Positions 49,334-59,737 of a DNA stretch of 64,000 nt are shown here, in pieces. The translations under genes were made by a program, and so were the position numbers. Source of the stretch: an uncultured Ruminococcus sp. (GTDB taxonomy: Bacteria > Bacillota > Clostridia > Oscillospirales > Ruminococcaceae). How positions within the stretch are numbered: position 1 is the first letter of the stretch; every line of letters begins with the position of its first letter. Below the pieces are notes generated by a model. The model was not told where the DNA came from. It searched no databases and saw nothing but the letters and a program-made list of their open reading frames with translations. The DNA lies in contig CAJTYV010000001.1 in assembly GCA_910584195.1 (NCBI GenBank), forward strand, positions 239,728 through 303,727, given 5' to 3'.

Positions 49334-50608
49334 TCATCTTTCCAGTATCTGAGATCTGTCAGGACCTATACCTATCATGCTCACTTTACAGCCAACATAT
49401 TCTTCAAGTCTTGCAATATATTCTTTGCAGTTATCAGGCAGTTCTTCAAAGCTTGCACACTTTGAAATATCTTCGGTAAATCCGGGGAATTCCACGTAAA
49501 CAGGCTCACAGCCCTCAAGCTCCTCCAATGCGGCAGGGAAATTCTCCGTTATCGTTCCGTCAGGCATTTTGTAAGCTATGCAAATTTTCAAAATCGGAAT
49601 ATTGGCAAGAGTATCAAGTTTATTTATAGCAAGGCTGTCAAGTCCGTTCACTCTTACGGAATGACGTACTATGACCGCGTCAAACCAGCCTGTTCTTCTG
49701 GGTCTGCCTGTAGTTGTTCCGAATTCTCCGCCTACATTTCTTATCTGATCTCCTGTCTCATCGTCAAGCTCTGTAGGGAAAGGACCTTTTCCGACACGGG
49801 TAGTATAAGCCTTGGCAACGCCGATAATGTTAGTTATCATTTTCGGTCCTACGCCCGTACCTACGCAAACGCCTGCCGAAAGGGGGTGAGACGACGTAAC
49901 ATAGGGATAGGTTCCGAAATCAATATCGAGCAGAGTAGCCTGAGCACCCTCAAACATTATAGTTTTTCCCGCTTTGTCAGCCTCAAATGTTAATACGGAA
50001 ACATCTGCGACATAGGATAAAAGCTTTTTGCCATATTCGGTATACTCAGCCGTCACTTCATCAAGATCAAAAGCTTCGCCGCCGTAAACCTCGGTAATTA
50101 TCTTATTTTTCAGCCTGCCGGTTGCCTGTATTTTTTCGGCAAGTACCTCGGGATGTACAAGGTCGTAAATTCTTATTCCGCATCTCTCGTACTTATCCAT
50201 ATATGTAGGACCTATACCTCTTTTAGTTGTACCGATGTCCTTTCCTCCTCTGAAAGACTCCGAAAGTCCATCAAGAGCTATATGCCAAGGCATTACCACA
50301 TGCGCTCTGGGATCAATTTTCAGATTTGCGGTGGAAATACCTCTTGCTTCAAGTCCTTCAAGCTCGCTGATAAAATCTTTAGGATCAAGAACAACTCCGG
50401 CACCGATAAGGCACAGAGTATCTTTATAAAGTATTCCTGAAGGTATAAGGTGCAATTTATATACCTCTCCGTTATTCACTACCGTGTGACCTGCGTTGTT
50501 TCCGCCCTGCGAACGGACTACAACATCTGCACGAGAGGAGATGATGTCGATTATTTTACCTTTACCCTCGTCTCCCCACTGAGTTCCAACTACAATATTA
50601 GCAGGCAT
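49334..50608 (-). CDS. purA: Adenylosuccinate synthetase
   Basis: Motifs GTQWGDEGKGK, GIGPTY and GTTTGRPRR. Confidence 0.95.
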   Translation of the reverse strand: MPANIVVGTQWGDEGKGKIIDIISSRADVVVRSQGGNNAGHTVVNNGEVYKLHLIPSGILYKDTLCLIGAGVVLDPKDFISELEGLEARGISTANLKIDPRAHVVMPWHIALDGLSESFRGGKDIGTTKRGIGPTYMDKYERCGIRIYDLVHPEVLAEKIQATGRLKNKIITEVYGGEAFDLDEVTAEYTEYGKKLLSYVADVSVLTFEADKAGKTIMFEGAQATLLDIDFGTYPYVTSSHPLSAGVCVGTGVGPKMITNIIGVAKAYTTRVGKGPFPTELDDETGDQIRNVGGEFGTTTGRPRRTGWFDAVIVRHSVRVNGLDSLAINKLDTLANIPILKICIAYKMPDGTITENFPAALEELEGCEPVYVEFPGFTEDISKCASFEELPDNCKEYIARLEEYVGCKVSMIGIGPDRSQILER

Positions 50609-50753
50609 TATTAAAAACCTCGTTCCTTTATTATTGAGAGACTGTCAATCTCCACACTTTATTATATCACAGTATTAAATATATTTCAAGTACTTATTTA
50701 CAAAAAAATAGTCTCCCCGACTTTTTCGGAGAGACATATGAATATCATTAAAA

Positions 50754-53700
50754 TCACCACGGTCTCTGACCGCCGCCTGTTGAGCCGCTGCCTGCTGTAA
50801 CCGCTGTTCCGCCTGAAATGGTTCCGCTTGCATATACAAGCTGCGAATCGTCTAACGTAATAAGGTCAGTACCACCCGAAATTGTTCCGCCTGTGTATGC
50901 GTTTACGGTTCCGTCTGTGTGCTTGTATGAAATAGAACCCATAGAGCGTACGGTTTTGAACGATACAATGACGCTGCCATTTCCGTCTGCAAGAGTAAAC
51001 TGAGTACCCTCAGCAATAGCTCCCGAACCCTGTGAAGAAGCTGTTACAACTGTTCCGCCTGTTGCGCTGTTCGTTCCGTCACTGTCGAGAGGTTCCTGAC
51101 CGTTTGCAATAACAACGCCGCCTGTGATAAGCAAATCTCCGTTTGAATCGAACGCATCGTGATCGCCGCTTGCCGACTGTACAATAGCGATACCTCCCGT
51201 TATCTGAAGCGTATTATCGCCTGCCGAGCCAAAGCCTCCTCCGGGTCCCCAGCCGCCGGGATTGTTATTTCCGCTGCCATCAGCGCCGCCTGCCGCATTG
51301 TAACCGTCATCATCTGCCTTGATAACAACAGTACCGCTGTGCTGATAGATGTTCTGTCCCTCAACGCCTTCGTAACACTTAGTAACATATATACCGAAAT
51401 CACTTACTGAACCGCTGTCTTTTCCGAGTGTCAGATCATGATCCGAATGAAGCGCATCATCAGCTGTGGCAAGCTTAAAAGCTCCGCCGCTGACATTTAT
51501 GTTTCCGCCGCAGTGTATACAGTCATCCGAACTGTCAATAATAATATTTCCGCCGTTTATCGTAATGTCGCCGCCGCTCTGCCATGTCGTTCCTGCCGCA
51601 TCGTAAATGCCAACAGCCTTTATGCCTTTTGCGGATATGTCAGTTTTATTGGAGTTTCCGTCTCCCATTCCGCCCATTCCGCCGCCCCACGGATTACTTC
51701 CTGTGTTTCCGCCGGCAGTGCCGGTAAAACCCGAACCCTCGTATGTATAAATATCAATATCGCCGCCGTTGATGATCACACTCTGTTCAGCCTGAATGCC
51801 GTCCGCGTATGAATTTATATCGAGAGTTCCTCCGTTTACCGTAACGATACCGCACGATTTGCCCGATGCCGTATCTGTACTCGTAGACTTTATACCGTCT
51901 CCCTGCTTTGTGTTTATGGTAAGCTTCAAAGCTGAAAAATCAACAGCAGTATCATTGCCGATAGTCACGCTGTCCTTGCCTCTAATACCGTCGTCAACCG
52001 CATTTACCGTGAGACTTCCGTTATATATTTTTACATCGTTTTTGCAAACTATAGCGTCATCGGTATTTCCATTAACGGTAAGCTCGCCCGTTCCCTTGAA
52101 TTTAATGTCATCTCTTGCAAAAACCGCGCCTTCGACTGTATTAACGTTTCCGTCAGAATCAGTGTATGTCTCCGTATGAGACGTACCGTCCGAAATGGTA
52201 TTGACAGTTCCTTTCTTGGCAACGATCTGTACCTCGTCTCCAACAGATTTTACATAAATCGGAGAAGTAGAACTGTTTGATATATTCGCTCCTTCAAGGT
52301 CAAGCTCAACTATGCCGTCAGGATAAGCTGTTTTGTCAACATCGACAATTATCTGAACTTCGGAAGCTTCTCCCGAAACAGCAAAAATTCCGGGCTTTGA
52401 TATAGTCAGTTTACCGTCTGATGCTGAAGCGGTATCAGCAGGAGCGTCAGACATGACAGACGCACCGTTCAGAGTTACGGTATATGTACCGTCAGACGGA
52501 GTTGGCGGCGGATCAACAGTGCCGCCGTTTCCTACGGGATCAACATCAGAAAATACCGTAACAATTCCAGTCATATTAAATTCGGATAAGCCGCCTGCTG
52601 TCGCATTCGTGCCTGTAGACGCATTTGTAACAGTATATTTACCGTCTGCTGAAAGGGAAGCGTCGCTGATAACTGCAAATGCATATTTTTTTGTCCATGC
52701 GTCAAATTTCACGCTGCCGACTTTAAGAGCGTTTGCTTTTTTCCAGCAGCCGTCAGTTTCAGAAGACGCTATGCAGTTAAGAAGCATCGTTCCCTGAGTT
52801 GTACCTGACATAAGAGCAGAATCAGTTTGATTATCGGTAGCTGTTACCGCAATAGTACCTCCTGTAATATTAGTTCCTGTAAGCGATGTAAGACCTCTGT
52901 CTCCTCCTCCGAGAACAGTACCACCCGAAATATCAATGGTAGTTTCTGCCTGTACAGCGTCATTTCCGGCTTTTATCGAAACAGTTCCGCCTGAGATCGC
53001 AACATTTCCCTTCGAGGACTTTAAACCGTCTCCCTCTGCATCTATATTGACAACAGCCGTGTCCTTGACTGTAACGGACGTTTTACCCTTAACCGCATCG
53101 GTTTTGTCGACTGCATTGAGAGTTTTAATATTAGTAACGCCGCCCGTAAACTTGATGTCGTTATTGCAGACAAATGCGTCCTGAGTATTGGCGGTGATAG
53201 TGAGAGTGCCCGTATTCTCTGCACCGCCCTTTATAGTAATATCGTCCTTAGCCTCTATAACAGCCGCACCGAGCCATTCACCGGAATAAGCCGTATCGCC
53301 GTCCGAAATAGTGTTTACAGTACCGTCCATAATATTTATTGAGGTATTCTCAGCGTTTGTCACAAGAATCGCCGGAGCTGATTTTCCTGTAATGCTTACG
53401 CCGTTAAGGAAAAGCTTTACTGTTGCAGAATCGACAGTTTCGTCCGCAATATTAACGTTTATCTGACCATCGTCAAGAGTTCCGTCAACATAAAATTCTC
53501 CCGAATGAGAGAGCGTGATTATTCCGTCGTTCACTTCAGCATAATCGCCCTCAACAGACGCCGATGCACCGTTAAGGTGAATATATGTCTTTGAGACTGC
53601 CGGATCAGGATCAGTCTCTTTCCACGATTCGGGAAGTGAAGAAATTATCTTTGCATCAATCTTTTGAATTGAGAGTGCATCGGACGTAGTAACGCCGTCC

Positions 53701-53939
53701 CCTCTGTTGTAAACGTCGGCATTGTTCGCCCCCTGTTCTGAAAGACCATATTTATCAGGATTTCCAAGAGCCTGAAGTATGGCTGTTGAATCTGCAATAG
53801 TCACATGACCGTCGCAGTTTGCGTCTCCGTACATCACACCGTCCTCAGCAGCCATTGACGATACCGCCGTAAGTGACAATGCTGCCGCAGCAGCGGCAAC
53901 TGCGGTTGAAATTCCTGCCAGCAGATTAAGCTTTTTCAT
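50754..53939 (-). CDS. Secreted Gly/Thr/Asn-rich parallel beta-helix-like protein with an N-terminal dockerin (Cthe_2159-like carbohydrate-binding/lyase-like family)
   Basis: Signal peptide, then the dockerin YGDANCDGHVTIADSTAILQALGNPDKYGLS...NADVYNRGDGVTTSDALSIQKIDAKII. After that come about 900 aa of repetitive G/T/N/D-rich beta-strand-like sequence that appears internally duplicated. Confidence 0.7.
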   Translation of the reverse strand: MKKLNLLAGISTAVAAAAAALSLTAVSSMAAEDGVMYGDANCDGHVTIADSTAILQALGNPDKYGLSEQGANNADVYNRGDGVTTSDALSIQKIDAKIISSLPESWKETDPDPAVSKTYIHLNGASASVEGDYAEVNDGIITLSHSGEFYVDGTLDDGQINVNIADETVDSATVKLFLNGVSITGKSAPAILVTNAENTSINIMDGTVNTISDGDTAYSGEWLGAAVIEAKDDITIKGGAENTGTLTITANTQDAFVCNNDIKFTGGVTNIKTLNAVDKTDAVKGKTSVTVKDTAVVNIDAEGDGLKSSKGNVAISGGTVSIKAGNDAVQAETTIDISGGTVLGGGDRGLTSLTGTNITGGTIAVTATDNQTDSALMSGTTQGTMLLNCIASSETDGCWKKANALKVGSVKFDAWTKKYAFAVISDASLSADGKYTVTNASTGTNATAGGLSEFNMTGIVTVFSDVDPVGNGGTVDPPPTPSDGTYTVTLNGASVMSDAPADTASASDGKLTISKPGIFAVSGEASEVQIIVDVDKTAYPDGIVELDLEGANISNSSTSPIYVKSVGDEVQIVAKKGTVNTISDGTSHTETYTDSDGNVNTVEGAVFARDDIKFKGTGELTVNGNTDDAIVCKNDVKIYNGSLTVNAVDDGIRGKDSVTIGNDTAVDFSALKLTINTKQGDGIKSTSTDTASGKSCGIVTVNGGTLDINSYADGIQAEQSVIINGGDIDIYTYEGSGFTGTAGGNTGSNPWGGGMGGMGDGNSNKTDISAKGIKAVGIYDAAGTTWQSGGDITINGGNIIIDSSDDCIHCGGNINVSGGAFKLATADDALHSDHDLTLGKDSGSVSDFGIYVTKCYEGVEGQNIYQHSGTVVIKADDDGYNAAGGADGSGNNNPGGWGPGGGFGSAGDNTLQITGGIAIVQSASGDHDAFDSNGDLLITGGVVIANGQEPLDSDGTNSATGGTVVTASSQGSGAIAEGTQFTLADGNGSVIVSFKTVRSMGSISYKHTDGTVNAYTGGTISGGTDLITLDDSQLVYASGTISGGTAVTAGSGSTGGGQRPW

Positions 53940-54265
53940 TGTTAAAAACTCCTTTTGTTTATTTTTGAAACTCGTACATTGATTTCTCTATGGTAATGAT
54001 TATATATCTCTTGTCTTAAAATAGTCTTAAAGATTTAGTAATATCTCGAAAAAATTTCAGAATTGCATAGCTCTCCCTACGAAAAAATTTTTAAGGCAAT
54101 ACCGTACAAAGACGTCAGGCGTGCTTTGTGCGGTGTTGCATTAGGTAAGCGGTATTGATTCAAACGATTTGACACGGCTTTTACACGCTGACTGTCCGCC
54201 TCTCACGTACAAGCGTATTCACTAAAAAAACATTTAAGGCATGTTTATTTTCTGTATTTATGTCA

Positions 54266-54294
54266 ATTGATTTTTGGCTGAAATTGGGATATAA
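54266..54294 (+). promoter_or_regulatory. Sigma-A promoter TTGATT-17-TATAAT for the aspartokinase gene
   Basis: ttgatttttggctgaaattgggatataat, about 100 nt upstream of the ATG at 54397. Confidence 0.6.
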
Positions 54295-54396
54295 TAAATA
54301 TTGTTGCAGAAATAACAACGGCTTTGTTCGATAATTTTATAAAAACTGTGTTTACAGGTTTATTGAACAGACCTGATAATTAAAGGTGGAAAAAGT

Positions 54397-55731
54397 ATGG
54401 CAAATAAAGTTGTAAAATTCGGCGGCAGTTCTTTAGCGGATGCAAATCAGTTCCGCAAGGTTGCCGACATCATAAAATCTGACGATAAACGCAGATACGT
54501 TGTTCCCTCAGCTCCCGGAAAACGCTGTTCCGATGACATCAAGGTCACGGATATGCTGTATAAATGCTGCGAACTTGCTGGAAGCGGCGTGGACTTCACT
54601 GAAGATTTCCAGCTAATAAAGAACCGCTACAACGGTATCATATCAGATCTCGGAATTGATATGAATCTTGACAGCGAGTTTGATACGATCATTTCAGAGC
54701 TTAAAGCCCGCCCTGCCAAAGATTACGCTGCCAGCCGCGGAGAATACTTAAACGGAAAGGTTTTGGCAGCATATCTCGGTTTCACTTTCGTTGACGCAGC
54801 CGACGTTATCGTATTTGACACTAAAGGACGGCTGATGCTCGATGAAACGGTAAGAGCAGTCCGCAAAAAAATTAAGGGACTTGAAAACGCAGTTATTCCC
54901 GGTTTCTACGGACGTACCACAGAAGGTATTATCAAAACATTTTCAAGGGGCGGTTCAGATGTTACAGGTTCTATAATCGCAAATGCCGTAAACGCTGAAA
55001 TTTACGAAAACTGGACAGATGTTTCGGGATTTTTGGTTGCCGACCCCAGAATCGTTGACGAGCCTGAAGCTATAGAAACAATAACATACCGCGAACTTCG
55101 TGAACTTGCGTACATGGGGGCTTCCGTACTTCATGAGGACGCTATTTTCCCCGTTCGTTCCGCAGGTATACCGATAAATATCCGCAACACCAACAAGCCT
55201 GAAGATAAGGGAACAATGATAGTCTCAAACGACTATGATTTCAGCCATGAAAGTCTTGGTCACACCATTACGGGAATTGCAGGCAAAAAAGGGTTCAGTA
55301 CCATTAATATTGAAAAAGCTATGATGAACAACGAACTCGGCTTTGGCATGAAAGTACTGAACGTATTGTATTCAAACGGCATTTCATTTGAGCATATGCC
55401 ATCCGGTATTGACACTATGAGCATAACTGTCGACAGCGCAAAGCTTGAACCGGTTCGCGAAAAAGTGATTTCGGAAATTCGCCGTGAGGTCAACCCCGAT
55501 CATCTTGAAATTGAAGACGGAATCGCCATTCTTGCAATTGTCGGCAGACGAATGAAAAACACACGCGGAACTGTTGCACGTGTTTTCGCCGCTATGGCTC
55601 ACGCACGCATAAATGTAAAACTTATAGATCAAGGATCGAGCGAATTGAACGTTATTATAGGAGTAAGCGAAAGCGACCTCCCGGAAGCTATCCGCCGCAT
55701 TTATGACATGTTTATAAACTCTGAAAAGTAA
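54397..55731 (+). CDS. lysC: Aspartate kinase (monofunctional)
   Basis: N-terminal VVKFGGSSLAD and C-terminal ACT domains. Confidence 0.9.
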   Translation: MANKVVKFGGSSLADANQFRKVADIIKSDDKRRYVVPSAPGKRCSDDIKVTDMLYKCCELAGSGVDFTEDFQLIKNRYNGIISDLGIDMNLDSEFDTIISELKARPAKDYAASRGEYLNGKVLAAYLGFTFVDAADVIVFDTKGRLMLDETVRAVRKKIKGLENAVIPGFYGRTTEGIIKTFSRGGSDVTGSIIANAVNAEIYENWTDVSGFLVADPRIVDEPEAIETITYRELRELAYMGASVLHEDAIFPVRSAGIPINIRNTNKPEDKGTMIVSNDYDFSHESLGHTITGIAGKKGFSTINIEKAMMNNELGFGMKVLNVLYSNGISFEHMPSGIDTMSITVDSAKLEPVREKVISEIRREVNPDHLEIEDGIAILAIVGRRMKNTRGTVARVFAAMAHARINVKLIDQGSSELNVIIGVSESDLPEAIRRIYDMFINSEK

Positions 55732-55778
55732 CTCAAAATAAACGCCTCTGCGAAATTTTAAATTCCGCAGAGGCGTTT

Positions 55779-56426
55779 TCATATTTTAAAGCATTTTTGA
55801 ATAGCCTGTTCCGTTCCGAGAACAAGAAGATTATTTTCGGAATGCATTACGGTGTCAGCTGTAATATTCGGATTAAGCACACCGTTCGCAACAACGGCAA
55901 GTATATTTATACCATATTTTTTACGTATGTCAACTTGCAAAACAGTTTTTCCGCTCCACTTTTCAGGTACAGAGATTTCAAAAATGGCATAATCTCCTTC
56001 AAGGTCGATGTAATCGAAAACATGATCCGAACTGTAACGGATAGCCGACCATGCCGCAAGCTGTTTTTCGGGATAAATTACTTCGTCAGCGCCGTTTTTT
56101 AGCAGAAACTTTTCATGAACATCCGATGCTGCACGAGCTACTACCTTAACTGCTCCAAGCTCACTGAGCAAAGATGTGGTTTCAAGAGAATTTTGAAAAT
56201 TATCCCCTATTGCAACAATGCAGACATCAAAATTACGTACTCCCAAAGAATTCATAAACAAGTGACTTGTAGAATCCCCTATCTGTGCACTTGTAACATA
56301 ATCGAGAACATTCTGAACACGCTCCTCCACAGAATCGACGGCAAGCACTTCATGACCGAGTTCGTTAAGCTTCTTAGCGATATGACGACCAAAACGTCCA
56401 AGACCTATAAGCAAAATTGATTTCAT
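55779..56426 (-). CDS. trkA: K+ uptake system NAD-binding subunit TrkA/KtrA
   Basis: Rossmann motif ILLIGLGRFG and an RCK_C-type C-terminal region. Confidence 0.8.
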   Translation of the reverse strand: MKSILLIGLGRFGRHIAKKLNELGHEVLAVDSVEERVQNVLDYVTSAQIGDSTSHLFMNSLGVRNFDVCIVAIGDNFQNSLETTSLLSELGAVKVVARAASDVHEKFLLKNGADEVIYPEKQLAAWSAIRYSSDHVFDYIDLEGDYAIFEISVPEKWSGKTVLQVDIRKKYGINILAVVANGVLNPNITADTVMHSENNLLVLGTEQAIQKCFKI

Positions 56427-56556
56427 TGATTTCTCCTCTTTATAATAACATAAATCTTAGGCAGCACACAAAGAGATCATGCCGAAAAAGCACAAACTTA
56501 TTCGGTTTAAAGACATCGGACATTCTTTGTGCGGAGCTGCTCTAACATTAAACGCA

Positions 56557-57900
56557 TCAACCCACTGTTATTTTTTCCTCAGGCAGACGTGAAACGTTTG
56601 AATGATTGCCGGAAACAGCAGCATATATAACTGTCAAAGTACCAACACGTCCCAAAAACATCATTATAATTAAAATAATATGAGACGCTGTTCCAAGCTG
56701 AGGTGTAAGCCCCAAAGAAAGTCCTACCGTTGCAATCGCTGATGAAGTTTCAAAAAGGCATTCACGTATCGGCTGATCGTCAATAATACTTATCGCCGCA
56801 GCTCCGGTAAGAAATATCGTAACATACATAAGCAGAATTGCGGCAGCCGTTTTGACAGTTTCATCAGATATGCGGCGACCGAAAAACTTCGTTGACTTCT
56901 CTTTACGGAAAACGGAAAACGCAGCCGAATACAGTACCGCAATAGTAGTTGTTTTCATGCCGCCTGCCGTAGAACCGGGAGAGCCGCCTATAAGCATAAG
57001 CGCTATCATGATTATCATACCGCCGCCGCCAAGCATACCGAGATCTACTGTATTGAAACCCGCAGTTCTCGGTGTTACCGCCTGAAACATAGCCGCCGTA
57101 ATACGCTGCCCGATAGTCATATCCCACTTTTCACCGCCGAATTCAAAAAAGTAGTATACAGCAGGCAGCAGGATAAGAATGCCCGAAGTCGCCAATATAA
57201 CCTTGCTTTGCATTCTGTATTTTTTCATACGGAACTTATGGACACGTATATCATCCCAAGTAAGAAATCCAAGTCCGCCGATGGTTATAAGAAGCATGAT
57301 AACGATATTTACCGGAATGTTAAATGCAAAAGACGTCAGGGAAGAAAATTTCTCTCTCGTACCCATAAGGTCAAAACCCGCATTGCAAAAAGCGGATACA
57401 GAATGGAAAACAGAGTACCATATACCTTTTCCAATTCCAAATTCTTTGATAAACGACGGCATCATCAGCAGAGCCCCTGCCGCTTCGACTGCAAGTGTGA
57501 TTTTTATAGCAAAAGCAGTAAATCGAACTATGCCTCCGACCTGCGGCGCAGAAATGGAATCCTGCATCGTACTTCTCTGCATAAGTCCTATTTTACGTCC
57601 CGAAACCATAGCAAGAGCTGCGCCTATAGTAACAACGCCGAATCCGCCGATCTGTATCAGCAGAAGAATGATCGCCTGACCAAATTCCGTCCAGTACGTT
57701 GCCGTATCCTGCGTGATAAGTCCCGTTACGCATGCGGCTGATACAGCGGTAAACAACGCGTCCTCAAACTTAGCCGAACCATCGTTCCGTGAAGCGAAAG
57801 GCAGCATCAATAATAACGTGCCTGTCAGTATCACTCCCATAAAGCCAAAAATTATTATTTGAAACGACGATAACTTTCTGTTAAAAAATTTTTTCTTCAT
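56557..57900 (-). CDS. trkH: K+ transporter membrane subunit TrkH/KtrB
   Basis: A 447-aa polytopic protein with repeated selectivity-filter-like GG motifs. Confidence 0.8.
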   Translation of the reverse strand: MKKKFFNRKLSSFQIIIFGFMGVILTGTLLLMLPFASRNDGSAKFEDALFTAVSAACVTGLITQDTATYWTEFGQAIILLLIQIGGFGVVTIGAALAMVSGRKIGLMQRSTMQDSISAPQVGGIVRFTAFAIKITLAVEAAGALLMMPSFIKEFGIGKGIWYSVFHSVSAFCNAGFDLMGTREKFSSLTSFAFNIPVNIVIMLLITIGGLGFLTWDDIRVHKFRMKKYRMQSKVILATSGILILLPAVYYFFEFGGEKWDMTIGQRITAAMFQAVTPRTAGFNTVDLGMLGGGGMIIMIALMLIGGSPGSTAGGMKTTTIAVLYSAAFSVFRKEKSTKFFGRRISDETVKTAAAILLMYVTIFLTGAAAISIIDDQPIRECLFETSSAIATVGLSLGLTPQLGTASHIILIIMMFLGRVGTLTVIYAAVSGNHSNVSRLPEEKITVG

Positions 57901-58112
57901 ATATTCCCCATAAAATCACTGTCAGCCAATTTATGCGCTAAAACTTGCGTTCATAGGAAAGATGTGCGGATTTTTGAGACAATTTTATCGAAAAGACGCA
58001 AAGCCTATTTTTTGAACACAAGTTCTAAAGGAGCTGATATTACCAGCTCCTTTAAAGCATATTTTCTGTTAATATTCCAAAATAAAGAGTGAAATTTTGT
58101 ACAAACGCTTAA

Positions 58113-59711
58113 TTAAAGCTTAACAAATCTCATAACCGAGCCATCGCTTGATTTTCCGCAGAATATAGCCTTTGGTCTCGCCCATACACTTCCGTCCGAG
58201 AGATTTTTGTAGACAACAAGCTCTTCATTATTTTCACTGTGACGTGCAACTGCGATGATCTCATATTCATTGCCCTTATAATGACGATAACGACCTCCGA
58301 CAATTACCTCTGTTTCATGAATTTCTTCTTCATGCGCCGGCTTTGCCTCAGGTTCTGTATTTACTATGTCGTCTGAAACGATTATCATGGAAGAAAACGG
58401 CGGCATAGTAATATGGGCACTGCCGTTATCGACCTGTATCTGATTTGCACTGAGAACGTCAACAAGAGCAGCAAGGTGAGTGCCAAAATTAAAGTCATAC
58501 GGATAATCGGCAAGATTCAGCGCAATATAAACCGTCTGGTCGCCTTGAACCTTTTTGAAAAGCAGCTGCTGATTTGTTATCTGAATTCTCTCGTATCCGC
58601 CTGTTCTGAGTGCAGGATAAGCCTTATAAATTCTGCCGAGCTTTACGATGTGCTTGTAAAGATCGGTATTTTCCCGTTCCATATCTGCAAGATGCAGACA
58701 CGGACGCAAACCGTCATCGGAATTATTCTCCTTACGACCCTGAATTCCGTATTCGCTTCCATAGTAAACAGACGGAATACCCGGCATCGTATACATAAGA
58801 GTATATATAAGCGGCAGATGAGCCGGATTCGATACCGTACTTGCAAGACGGTTAACATCATGGTTGTCAACAAAATTGTATAAGTTGATGTTTCTGTATA
58901 TACCGCCGTTTGCACCGGATTGACGGTTAATGGAGTAATCTATCTCGTAGTAGTTTTTATCATTATGAGAAGAATAAATGCCCTTATAGCATTCGTAATT
59001 CGTAACACTGTCGAGCATTTCGGGATTTGCCCAACGATTGTAATCGCCGTGAATAATTTCTCCCATAAGCCAAAAATCACGTTTTTTACCCTTACAGAAA
59101 TCGCGGATCCTCTTAAAGAAATTAAAATCAATACAGTCGGCTGCATCAAAACGTATACCATCAATATTGAAAGATTCGATCCAATAGTTTACAGCGTCTA
59201 TAATGTGATCGCATACGCCTACGTTACGAAGATTCAGCTTAACGAGATTGTAGTGACCGTTCCAGCCCTCATACCAAAACGGGTCGCCGCATGGCGACTG
59301 TCCGCCAAAATTGAGATTCTGAAACCAGTCACAGTAACCGGAACCCTGTCCCTTTTCCTGAATATCCACAAACTGAGGAAATTTTCTTCCAACATGGTTA
59401 AAAACGCCGTCAAGTATTACCCTGATACCTGCTTCATGGAAACGATCGCAAATAAAACGGAAAGAATTATTGTCTCCGAGACGCCTGTCGATCTTTTTAT
59501 AATCAACGGTATCGTAACCATGTTCCACAGACTCAAAAACAGGACCGAAATATACGGCGTCAACGTTCATTTCCTTAAGATGAGGAATCCAGTCCAGTAC
59601 CTTGTCAAGACGATACGACACATCGTTATTGCTGAAATCGTTGAACTTAGGCGCACCGCAGAAACCGAGAGGATAAATGTGATAAATTATGGCGTTATCA
59701 TACCAATTCAT
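58113..59711 (-). CDS. GH13 alpha-amylase-family enzyme with a C-terminal DUF1653-like domain
   Basis: GH13 region I-II motifs DAVYFGPVFES...HGYD..DY. The C-terminal tail GGRYRHYKGNEYEIIAVARHSENNEELVVYK resembles DUF1653. Confidence 0.75.
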   Translation of the reverse strand: MNWYDNAIIYHIYPLGFCGAPKFNDFSNNDVSYRLDKVLDWIPHLKEMNVDAVYFGPVFESVEHGYDTVDYKKIDRRLGDNNSFRFICDRFHEAGIRVILDGVFNHVGRKFPQFVDIQEKGQGSGYCDWFQNLNFGGQSPCGDPFWYEGWNGHYNLVKLNLRNVGVCDHIIDAVNYWIESFNIDGIRFDAADCIDFNFFKRIRDFCKGKKRDFWLMGEIIHGDYNRWANPEMLDSVTNYECYKGIYSSHNDKNYYEIDYSINRQSGANGGIYRNINLYNFVDNHDVNRLASTVSNPAHLPLIYTLMYTMPGIPSVYYGSEYGIQGRKENNSDDGLRPCLHLADMERENTDLYKHIVKLGRIYKAYPALRTGGYERIQITNQQLLFKKVQGDQTVYIALNLADYPYDFNFGTHLAALVDVLSANQIQVDNGSAHITMPPFSSMIIVSDDIVNTEPEAKPAHEEEIHETEVIVGGRYRHYKGNEYEIIAVARHSENNEELVVYKNLSDGSVWARPKAIFCGKSSDGSVMRFVKL

Positions 59712-59737
59712 AATAAAAACTCCTTTTTACTTTCAGA

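Noticed and set aside
54000-54396. Lysine riboswitch (L-box) upstream of the aspartokinase gene
   Set aside because: The leader from the TTGATT-17-TATAAT promoter to the ATG is only ~100 nt. None of the L-box conserved blocks are present. The GC-rich hairpin further upstream matches the REP-like element instead.
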